DNA from: Zygnema circumcarinatum SAG 698-1b
Taxonomy: Eukaryota > Plantae > Zygnematophyceae
Length of the DNA stretch: 64,000 nt
Direction of reading: 5' to 3'
Assembly: GCA_037447605.1 (NCBI GenBank)
Contig: CM074810.1
Coordinates: forward strand, 372,001-436,000
Made by a program: the position numbers and the translations under genes. The notes under the pieces are model-generated. The model was not told the origin of the DNA and ran no database searches. It saw only the letters and a list, made by a program, of their open reading frames with translations. Positions 54,272 through 64,000 of this stretch are shown piece after piece; within the stretch, counting starts at the first letter, position 1, and every line of letters begins with the position of its first letter.

Positions 54272-54831
54272 CTACTTACCTTTCTATGTAGAAATATTTA
54301 CCAGAAAAGTATGTCTATGTAGAAGATTATTCTATTTTCAAAGTCTGATGTTTGTCTCAAATGGATCGAAGCCTGGTCTTGGATGTACACATTGTGGTAA
54401 AATGAAGTGCTTTACTATTCCCCATTTTAGGGTTTTAGGGTTTTAGGTTTTTAAGGGAGCAAGCCGTTGTATAAGAGGTGCCGGTGCCAACCCTCGTTCA
54501 TTGATATGGCATGAAGGTCTCTTGCAAATGTTGATGTTGAACAATTATGTTTTGAGCTCAACACCTATTTGAGGGCCCATACAATCAAATCGTGATGCGA
54601 TGCTCCTGCTCCCTTCACCCTTCTCGCTCCCTACTGTCTCCCTCCCCCTCCTCTTTCCGCCCTCTTCTTCACCTCTTCTCCCTCTTCCCTCTCCGCCTCT
54701 CTCCCTCTCTCCCTCTCTCCCCCTCCCTGCCCCTCCCTCCCTCTCTCCCCCTCCCTGCCCCTCCCTCCCTCTCTCCCCCCTCGCCCTCTCTCCCACTCCC
54801 CCTCTCTGCCTCTCTCCCACTCTCTCCCTCT

Positions 54832-55085
54832 ATCGAACCGACAGACGGCTGGCTTCAAATCGGCTGTCGGTAAAACCTGCCGGCCGGTACACCGGACGGG
54901 AAAACATTTGTCTTATCCAACTTGAAAAACTGCCGACAACAGCCAGTGACGGACGGCCGTACCGTACGAGCGGTTAACCGCGACGTCCGTCAATGTGCCG
55001 TACAGTGAATTATCAAAAAACCTTCGTTCTGGCGTTTTCTCTCTGGCCTGTCCGTACCCTTTTGTCCAGTTCGAGTCTGGTTCGA
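54832..55085. mobile_element. Possible ~255-bp GTAC/CGG-rich MITE-like element upstream of KTI12
   Basis: Weak TIRs TCGAACCGAC and (reverse complement) TCGAACCAGAC; no target duplication found. Confidence 0.25.
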
Positions 55086-55484
55086 CGCTTGTTCCAGGAA
55101 ACATGAATGCATGAAAAAAAATTGTTGAACACACGCGTACCAAGTTGTGGGTCCCATGCATGCATGCATGAGGGAGAGAGAGAGAGAGGGAGGGTACCAT
55201 GTTCAGTTGTTGTTCGGTTGTGTAGGGTTTTTGAAGAGCTAGGGTGTCAGGTTTTTTTTTTTAGGGTTCATGGGTTAGGGTTTAAGAAGTAGGGTTTCAA
55301 GAGCTAGGGTTTAAGAGTTTTAAGGTGTAAGAGGTGGTCTTTAAGGAGTAGGTCAAAAAACAAACAAAAAAAAAAGAAAATTAGCGTTGAAAAGGCAGGG
55401 TCTCAAGAGGTGGGGTTTAAGGGGTAAGGGGTTTAGGGCTAGGTTGAGAAAGCTAGGGTTTAAGGGGTAGGGTTTAAGCGCTCC

Positions 55485-57995
55485 ATGGCGCTCGTGCTCC
55501 TCTGCGGCCACCCGTGCAGCGGTAAGAGCACAGTGGCGCGCCACGTGGCGGCTTCTCTTTCGCCGACTGCCCACGTGGCAGTCATCGACGAGGCCTCGCT
55601 GGCGGCGGCCGGGAAGCTCTGCTACGCAGGTGAGTGAAGCCCAACGAGCCCAAAAAAAAAAAAAAAAAAATTAAGGTCTGCAACTACTACTAAATATAGT
55701 CGAAAAGATCATAAAAATAAAAGACTTTTAAAATTTCTAAAACCCTAAACCCTTAGAAATCCCGAAATAAGCAAGGCCTAAAAAGCCCTGAAACCCTAAA
55801 TTTTCCTCCTGACTTGGAAAATCCAATCTGAAGATCTTGGAAGGGTCCCAAAAGGATTCAAAGATTTCGAAAAAAATTAGAACCTAGAAAAGTATAGGAA
55901 CTGCACCAATGTTTTGAAGCTCAAGGGTTCAGAGCTTGGTTTTAGGGTTTAAGATTTCAGGGTTTTGAGGGTTTAAGGATGATGCTGGGGCAGACATGGG
56001 GCAGGAAAAGAACCTGCGAGGAGTTCTGCGCTCTGCTGTTGACCGTTCCGTTGGACGCGATCGCGTCGTACTCGTAGACTCACTCAACAGCATCAAGGTG
56101 GGGTTTAGGGTGTAGGGTGTAGGGTGTAGGGTGTAGGGTGTAGGGTTTACGATTTAGGATTTAGGGTTGAGGTTGCAGGATTTAGGATTTAGGGTTGAGG
56201 TTGCAGGATTTAGGGTTTAGGGTTCAGGGTTTCGGGTTTAGGGTCGACGATTGAGTGTTGAAGGTTTGGGTTTAGGGTTTTAGATTTGAGGTTTGAAAGT
56301 TGGGGTTAAGGGTTCAGGATTCATTGCCGGAGTGTAGGGTTTACACTTTTGTGGCCGGGGGTCAGGAGTTCGGGTAATGCTGACTTTCCTTCTTTTCCGG
56401 AGGGTGGGTTAGGGTTATCGTTACGAACTATGGTGCCTGGCGAGAGCTGCAGGAACGCTGTATTGTGTTGTGAGCATGTCTCTCTCTCCCTCTCTGTCTC
56501 TCTCTCTCCATCTCTCCCTCTCTCCCTCTCTCTCTCTGTCTCTCTCTCTTTCTCTCCCCCTCTCTCCCTCTCTGCCTCTCTCTTTCTCTCCCTCTCTCTC
56601 TCTCTCTCTCTCCCTCCTCTCTCTCTCTCTCCCCTTACCCACATCCCTATGTGTTTATTTCCCTCAGTTTAGGGCCANNNNNNNNNNGGTCTAGGGTCTA
56701 GGGTCTAGGGTCTAGGGTCTAGGGTGGTCTAGGGTCTAGGGTCGAGGGTCTAGGGTCTAGGGTCTAGGGTCTATGGTCTAAGGTCTAGGGTCTAGCGTCT
56801 AGCGTATAGGGTTCAGGGTGGTCTAGGGTCTGGGGTCTAGAGTCTAGAGTCTAGGGTCTAGGGTTCAGGGTCTAGGGTTTTTTAATCTAGGGTCTAAGGT
56901 CGAGGGCCTAGGGTTTAAGGAGCAGGGTCTGAGGTAAGGACGAGTAAGGTTGTTAGTTTTCCCAAAGTGTGGAGGGTTTCAGAATGATTTGCAGGCTGGG
57001 ACTTTTTGTGCGGCTTGAGGGTCTTCAGGGCTTGTTGTGTGCTGTTTGGCGTTTAGGGTTTTTAGGGTTCCATTCGCGTTGTATGGCATGGGGCTGCAGA
57101 TTCGGAGGAGAGAGTGGCGGAGGTGGTAGCGGAGGTGGTGAAGTTTGTGAGTTCGGAGGGGGGGGAGGGCGGAGGAGGGAGAGGGCCCCGCAATCTGCAG
57201 CCGACGATGGCAACGCAAAATGTATGTTTGTATTAGTGTTAATGTTAGGGCTAGGGTTAGGGTTAGCGTTAGTGTTAGTGTTAGTGTTAGTGTTAGTGCT
57301 AAAAGGATGAGGAAGGGCTCATGGGGACTTGAAGCTTGTTCTCTCCCGGTCATGTATGTGGGGGATCATGTTTAGGGTTGTAAGGGTTGTGAAATGCTTG
57401 AAATCTTTTTAGATATCTATGTCTATCTGTTGCATGTTGGGGATGACTCAGGACTTATCATGAACGAGATGTGGGCCTCTCTCGCTCTCGCTCTGTCTCT
57501 CTCTCTCTCTCTGTCTCTCTGTTCTAAGGCTCCCCCATTTCTTTTTCTTTGGAATTGGCAGCCAAAACTGTCTGAGACCAATCGACTGTATGAGATGGAC
57601 CGGGCCACACAGGCGAGCACCTCTCTCTCTCATCTTCTTCATGTCTCCCTCTCTCTCTCACTCTTATCTCTCCATCTCCCTCTCTCGCATTTACTTGCTA
57701 AAAGCTGATTTCAATGCTTTCTAAATTCTGTTCTAAACGATCCTAACAATGAATAGTTGGTTTTCCACCTCTTCTCATTCCTCCACCCTTAGACGGAGCT
57801 GACCCCCTTCTCTCTCTTTCTCTCTCTCTCTCCCTCTCTCTCTCTCTCTCCCTCTAACTCCAGGAGGTGATCAACAACCTCATGGAGGCTCAGGCAGCTG
57901 CTGGAGGAGCTCCCGCGGGAGATGTGCAGATCGGAAACTCTTTGCCTCTCATATCCTTTTGTTGTAACTTAATATTTTTGTTGCCCTTTTTTCCT

Positions 57996-58027
<32 letters not shown>

Positions 58028-58448
58028 TCGTTCTTTCTTTCACCTTCTCAGGGCGTTAGGGTTTATGTTTCCTCACAGATCTTGGGTTCAGGGCCCCACG
58101 ATAGAGTAAACTCAGAGTCATCTATGTATGCATGGAACCCTGATGAGGTCCGAGGGAGAGGGAGATAGAGAGCGAGAGAGGGAGCGAGAGAATGTGAGGG
58201 GGAGATAGGGGAGGCAGAAACGGTGAGCGTTGAACTGTCACATGGAACCGTTGCCATCCTTAACTGAACGGCAGCACGTGCATATGAACCGCTGCGTGGG
58301 ACTCCCCCAACTGCGGCGACTAAGGAAGACTTTTTTGAAGCTGGCGAGCCACTCCTCTCTCACAAACGCTCCTCCTCCCTCCGACTCTCTCTCCGCTAAG
58401 CGCATGTTTGCAGACTATTTGAACCAAGAAATCGCTCTAGACACTTAG
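55485..58448 (+). CDS. KTI12: KTI12/DRL1 (Elongator-associated protein); exons 55485-55629, 55994-56097, 56413-56469, [missing exon(s), gap 56678-56687], 57100-57221, 57562-57612, 57864-57950, 58278-58448
   Basis: MALVLLCGHPCSGKST, EKNLRGVLRS.VDRS, VDSLNSIK/GYRYELWCLAR, LQPT.ATQ, LYEMDRATQ/EVIN, GLPQLRRLRKTFLKL, AKRMFADYLN. Confidence 0.93.
56688..56910. repeat. (GGGTCTA)n telomere-like variant array in a KTI12 intron; a (GGGTGTA)n variant lies at ~56105-56145
   Basis: Direct reading. Confidence 0.9.
57951..58277 (+). other. U12-type (minor spliceosome) AT-AC intron in KTI12
   Basis: 5' site ATATCCTTT, branch site TCCTTAAC at 58257-58264, terminal AC 13 nt later; splicing restores NSLPL/VHMNRCVGLP in phase 0. 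Confidence 0.88.
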
Positions 58449-58919
58449 GAAAAAGTTAGGGTTCAGAACTTGGTGGTAAGGGTTTAGGGTTGTTGGCCTA
58501 AACTAGGAAATAAAGAGCGAAAGTTACGTGGCTTTCGTTTTTTTGAGAGCTTCGTCATGTAATATGATAAGTTTCAAGCATGAAGAGACCCTTTCAACCC
58601 TTCTGGAACTGTAAACTGTAACAGAACTGATGAAAAGGAGGACGTTTGAGAAAATTCAGATTAAAAACATACTGAATTTTTTTTTTTCTCAAAAGGAATC
58701 AGAACCAAAGCACTTTCTTGCCGCAAAAATTGATCTCTTAGAAACTCTCAAACCCCAAAAAACAGTTTCTTTTGAACGACCAACAAGAGGTTAAAACTCG
58801 AGACGATGCTCTCAAAGGAGGAACTGGTGTCTCCTTCAGTCCGAAACCTACACTGGCTAAATGGAGAACCTAAAACCCTACACCCTACATCCTCACCCTA
58901 AACACTTGAGAGTTAAACC

Positions 58920-59889
58920 CTACACACGAACATCCCTATATAAATCCTGAACTAGAATGGAAATCAGTAGAACACAGAGACATAGAAAGCCTCCCAAGAG
59001 AACCTTAAGACTTCCAGACAAGCCCTCTCTCTCGGCTCGCAGAAGCCAATGAACTGACTCGCCTCCCTCTCCCTCAAAACGCACTCTCCTTCTATTGGCT
59101 TGACTAACTAGACTACCTTGACCAGCTTGACCAGCTTGACCATCTTGACTTTCTTGATTTTCTTGACCAATCCGTGCAGACGCAGCTGCTGAATCCTGAA
59201 CCCCAATTTCGCGACTTCCGAACTCTCTCCCTCCATTCCTTTGCCTACCATTGCTCTCGAGGGGCCCATTGGGAGCCCCTCCTGCTCCCTCTCTCTCAGT
59301 CTCTTGAGGAGCTGTGGGAGGGCGGGGAGAGAGAGAGAGAGAAGCGGGAGGACGAGAGGGAGGGAGACAGTGTGAACAGGAGCAGGCTCCTCCCAAGTCT
59401 CGGGGAACCCTAACGAGCCCTCCGAGCTGCTCTTCAAGAAGGGGGACGTAGGCAGTGCTCTCTCCCTCAAGACGGATTTTCTGGCGGGTTCCGGGGGAGA
59501 GGACCTGGGAGAGGGGGAGAGAGAGAGAGAGAGAGAGTGAGAGAGAGAGTGAGAGAGAGCGGAGAGAGCAGGGTGGGAGTGGTAAGCGGAAGGTTGGTTG
59601 GTGTGAGCGAGTGAGGAGGGGGAAGGGGAGGAGGAGCGGAGGGAATGGGAGGGGAGGGGATGGGGACAGGGAGAGAGAGGGAGGGAGGAGGGAGAGGGGG
59701 GAGGCAAGGGACAGAGGGTGGGAAGGAGAGTGGGGAAAAGAGAGGCAAGGGAAGTCGGCGAGAGAAGGTGGCCAAGAGGGAGGAGGGGAGGAGAGGGAAC
59801 GGCAGAAGCGAGCGCACGGAAAGAAGGAAAAGTGCGAGAGAGTGCAAGAGAGAAAGAGAAAGCGAGAGAGACAGAGAGAGGGAGAGAGG

Positions 59890-59923
<34 letters not shown>

Positions 59924-61695
59924 GAGAGAAGTAACAACCTGCATTACTGCTGTGGCAAGGGTCCGGAGTAGCAGAGGCACGTGCAGGGCGTAAAGCGCGG
60001 CGAGACGAGAGGGGAAGTTGCGCTGCAGAAGGAGCGCACAGTCCTTTAACATTCCGAGAGGGAGAGCCCATAGGGCGGACCCGGAGCAGTTCACTACCAC
60101 CATAATTTTGCCCTCTCCTGAGCTTCCCGGCCGTCTCACAAGCTCCAAAACTCCGTACTCCATCTGAGAAACTGTTACCCACCAAAATTTCGGTACGTTA
60201 TTTGGTTGAAGTGCTTAATCAATCGGCTCGTTGGTCGGTGTAATTTGCTGGTTTTTAGAAATTTCTTTCTTAGATTTGGATAGAAGCATTACACGTTATC
60301 TTATCGCAGATTCCCTTTCCAAGTCTCTTTTTGAAAATTGCTTGTTCTCTCGCTTCATCCATCCCTTCTTTCGTTTCTATACATTTCGACAGTTCTCCGA
60401 TTATCCGTTTTTTTCCATTCAGTTAAGAAGGTTTAGGGTTTCCGACTCACCAAGAGCATGCACAAAAGAGGCGCGCTCGCCAGGCCGCAGGTTCCTGGAA
60501 GCTTCCCCAAGATGCACCACCATGCATGGGCGGCCATGCACATCATGAGAGTGCCAATAGACGAGATGGGCCCATCTTGACTGAAGCTCAGAAGGCTCCA
60601 AAAAAGAGTAGCCGGCTCTCCATGCGGTAGTTTGACGGATCCGTTGAACGGCCACGTGGCGGTTGCCGCGAGCAGCGACAAGGAACCGTTCAAGCTCGTC
60701 GTCGTTCAGACTGTTGAGGGGAGAGAGGGGGGGGAGGAAGGGGGGGAGGGGAGGGAGAGGGAGGAGAGAGGGGAGAGGAGGGGAGAGGGGGGGAGGAAGG
60801 AGGGGAGGGGAGGGAGAGGGGGGAGAGGGGAGACAAGGGGAGAGAGAGGGTAGAGAGGGGGAAACAGAGGGAGAGAAACAAGGGCATGAGAGGAAGGGAG
60901 ATGAGAGGGAGGTGAAGAATGGGAAAGGGAGGAAGGAGGAGGAGAGGTAAGAATGGAGGGACGGAGGGAAAGTGTCTCAAAACCATAACCCAAAACCCAA
61001 AATCCCAAAAGCCCAATATTCCAAAAGCTCGAAAAAAACATTAGACCTTGCATCCCTAAACCCCTATAACCCTAAATCCTGACACTTCCGCGAGAGCAGA
61101 AATGAGAGATGTACCGGTCAGGCAGCTCCAATCCGTCTGCTAAAAGCTGTGCCCGAAGTGCGGCTATAGGGTCCAAAGCTGCTTCTTCTCCCTCTCCCTC
61201 TCCCTCTCCTTCTCCTTCTCCTTCTCCTCCCGCACCTTCACCTGCCCCTTTGAAGGCACCAACACTTAGAAATTTCCAAAATTCGAAAAAAAAAATTGTC
61301 TCTTATGTTTAACACGATGAAGGGGCTCCCAGAGCCTTTAAAGACTTACCTAGGGTTTAGGATTTTTGGAGGATTGGGGTTTAGGGATTTTAAGCAATAG
61401 AATGTTAAAGTAGGATTTCAGGGTTTTCTGAAATTTTAGGGTGCACAGTGCATAGACAGAAAGTGAAGACAGTTTACTTTCTGGGGGAAGGTGGCGCACT
61501 TCCAGGGGGGCCGAGTGGCGCTGGAAGAGAGGGAGAGGAAGAGGGAGAGGGAGAGTGAGAGGGAGAGGGCACACTCCGCCGAGCCCTCCTGAAGACTGTT
61601 CGCACTGTGTGAACATTTTCAGACCAGGATTCGCTAAATTCCAAAATTGCTGACGCCACCGATAGTGCCAATACCGGCATTACAAAAGGCTGCAT
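58920..61695 (-). CDS. CRAL-TRIO (Sec14-like) lipid-binding protein with C-terminal TM segment; start position uncertain
   Basis: LNDDELERFLVAARGN..VAVQRI...AWR, LVYWHSHDVHGRPCMVVHLG, VSQMEYG, VVVNCSG, QRNFPSRL..LY, VLSPGTRQKI, VPRDLGG.C; hydrophobic tail VLLGGFLCLCVLLISILV. Confidence 0.82.
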
Positions 61696-63222
61696 TGTTA
61701 CCCCATACAAGAATCAATGAAAAGATCCCCCAATTTCAGAATTCTCTGTCTCTCCATACCCTCCCCTTCCTCTTCCTCCCTCTCCCTCTTTCTTCCTACC
61801 TCCCTACCCCTCCCTCCCCCCCCCNNNNNNNNNNGGAGAGGGAGAGGGAGAGGGAGAGGGAGTGGGAGAGGGAGACGGAGAGAGAGAGGGAGAGGGGAGA
61901 GGAGAAAGGCGGGGAGGGGGGGAGAGGAGGGAGCGGAATGCAGGCATTTGGGGCTCAGACTTGTAAGTTGTAATGTCTACGGTTTAGGGTTTAAGGCTTA
62001 GGGCTTCGGGGTTTAGGGTTCAGGGTTTTAGGGAGATCGGAAGGGATCAGTGGGGGGATCGGCGGAGGATGAGGAATATTCCCTCCCGTTTTATGGGATG
62101 AATGCCAGAAGCGGCACATGGAACGGATATTCTATAAAAAAAACAGTTTAACGGAGCTGGAGGCAGTCAGCTGCATGGAACACGGCATGGAACAGTGAGT
62201 TGACGGTTCGGAGGTTGCGGCCTTTCGTCCTCATAGGGCTATCTCATCTCGATATTATCACGATATTGTCTCGATATTATCACGATATTGTCTCGATATT
62301 AGTGGTAATGTTATCTCGATACTGTCTCAATATTTTTAAATGTGTATCTCAGCACATTCAGACAAAGAGGACTTCAAAAGATCAATGCTAATTCATGTTA
62401 CCTTTTTAAAAAAAAGAGGGGTTGAGAGAGAGAGCGAGAGGGAGAGAGAGAGAGAGAGAGAGAGACAACAGTCAAACGTCCCCCCTCAGACTTGACAGAG
62501 GAGAACGACGAGCTTTCTTGAACTCCAACCGAAGTGTCGGTGAACTTCCTTTCATAAACAACTGCATCGACAATTTCTTGACAGTTTTATAAACGAGTGT
62601 TGTGTCCAATCTAAGAAGCTGTTGCATTACGGGACCAGCGATCCTCGCAATTCAGCACCTTCGATTTTTTAAATCCATCCATCCATGAATTCCAGCTTCG
62701 TTTACTCATCTTATAAGCAAAATGGAAAATTGATTGAATTCACATTTGAAGATTAAGCACAACGGAAGAAGCAAGCAACAATTGAAGCTCAAAATATAAA
62801 AGAAATGTAGAACCAGCACACTCTTTGCAGTTGTAAGGCGAATACTCGTAAGGAAACGACTCGTTCATGCACTGAAATTGGTTTGAAGTACACGACAACA
62901 AAGCATGAGCTCTGCTGAATCCGAGCATGAGAAACATTCCGGAACCAATAAACTCAATGGTCCTGTTTGGATGCTTGCAGTAGTCTCCACACCATTTCTA
63001 CCTGTAAGCCTGTCTCTGCTTAATCACAATATATACCCTCCTAGTTTCTGCCAATAACATTGATTTCAGTAAATCACCAAAAAGAAGATAAGGTGGATCC
63101 ATATGCAGGGTCTCAAATTGAGCCCCTCTGCGCCTCAGACTGCAGCTACTGATACAATGCTGCTGTTACAACAAACAAGAAAAAAATGAAATAATCTGCA
63201 TGTGCCATACGTAAAGCACATC

Positions 63223-64000
63223 TCAAACCGACTTGAAAAAGGATATCAGCCACGGTAGCGATATGATAAGCAGAACCACGAGTATCGCAACGCAGATCAT
63301 CACTCCATACCTCTGCCATTTCCTCGTATTCTTTCTGATCACTACCGCCTTCTCCAGCTTACTTCGAGCGTCTTTTGTGTAATCGGCTGCGGCTTCCACT
63401 TGAGTTTGAATATCATTGATAAGCTCTCCTTGAGAATCGACAAGCATAGCCATGTCTTGGAAGATCTGATTAAGTTCAAGCAGCTGCTTTTTCACATTCT
63501 GCACTGCATCATGCCTCTCCTGCATTTCTGCAAGCACATCCTGAGCAGCATTTCTTCCCTGCAACTTGACCGCTCGCTGGAATATCTGCTCACTTTTACC
63601 AGTTTCAATCAACTTTTCAATCTCATTCGGATCCGCCTTTACTCCAGTTACAGTATACACTCGTCTTTCAATAGTCTCACGATATTCTGAATCCATTCTT
63701 GTTCTCAAAGCATTGAAACGATCCGTAAACTCTTTCAACTTGTATCCGAGACCTCTTGTGATATTCCTTCGATGCCTGTCTGTTGCAGATCCTCTCTCAC
63801 ACCCTGCATGCTGCACATTTTCATCATTCGCCTTCATAATATTGTCAATCTTTTTCTTTATTGCAACTGCAGAAACGTGCATCTTCTTCAAATCCGCCTG
63901 CATATCCTGCCTGAATCCATGAACAGCAGCGGCATCGACAGTGCCCTTGCTCTCGTCATATACAGCGTTCAAATCTTCGAGCAGGGAGCTTGCATATCCG
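63223..64000 (-). CDS. SYP1-family syntaxin (Qa-SNARE), no intron in visible part, 5' end outside the window
   Basis: GS..DR.R..IT.GL..KLK, YRETIERRVYTVTG, IETGKSEQIFQRA, E.QERHDAV...KQLLEL.QIF.DMA.LV..QGE.I.DI, C-terminal TM. Confidence 0.92.
   Translation of the reverse strand, partial: GYASSLLEDLNAVYDESKGTVDAAAVHGFRQDMQADLKKMHVSAVAIKKKIDNIMKANDENVQHAGCERGSATDRHRRNITRGLGYKLKEFTDRFNALRTRMDSEYRETIERRVYTVTGVKADPNEIEKLIETGKSEQIFQRAVKLQGRNAAQDVLAEMQERHDAVQNVKKQLLELNQIFQDMAMLVDSQGELINDIQTQVEAAADYTKDARSKLEKAVVIRKNTRKWQRYGVMICVAILVVLLIISLPWLISFFKSV

Noticed and set aside
62200-62960. Short GATAT-rich tandem repeat (~62225-62330) and a 65-aa Cys-containing ORF (62740-62937)
   Set aside because: The repeat has only 2-3 copies of ~22 bp and no TIRs; the ORF has no recognisable motif and probably lies in the syntaxin 3' region.

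Overview
Gene-dense, intron-rich nuclear DNA from a plant-lineage eukaryote. A streptophyte alga or early-diverging land plant is my inference from gene content; the species cannot be determined. Almost all long ORFs in the supplied track come from intronic (CT/GA)n tracts, so I rebuilt genes exon by exon from splice sites. Protein-coding genes in order: plastid-type aspartate aminotransferase (-), DEAD-box helicase RH41/DDX59 (+, present as three partial tandem copies), a secreted 14-Cys protein (-), a GT43 glycosyltransferase (-), a 12-exon atypical phosphoglycerate kinase (+), TTLL12 (+), SIP aquaporin (-), plastid peroxiredoxin IIE (+), COG6 (-), a CHRD-domain gene fragment (+), KTI12/DRL1 (+), a CRAL-TRIO/Sec14 protein (-) and a SYP1 syntaxin with no intron in its visible part (-, runs off the window). 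Non-coding features: a tRNA-Cys-like sequence, several MITEs, a 145-bp solo LTR inside a foldback-like palindromic element, many telomere-like repeat variants (mostly intronic), a U12-type AT-AC intron and probable GC-AG introns. Six exact CCAAT-N9-CCACG elements and dense GTAC clusters lie in intergenic DNA. There are eight N-gaps, and three duplications look like assembly artefacts. I see no CRISPR array, rRNA or autonomous transposon. The best leads for new biology are the divergent PGK, the processed Cys-rich secreted peptide, the U12 intron and the fixed-spacing promoter module.
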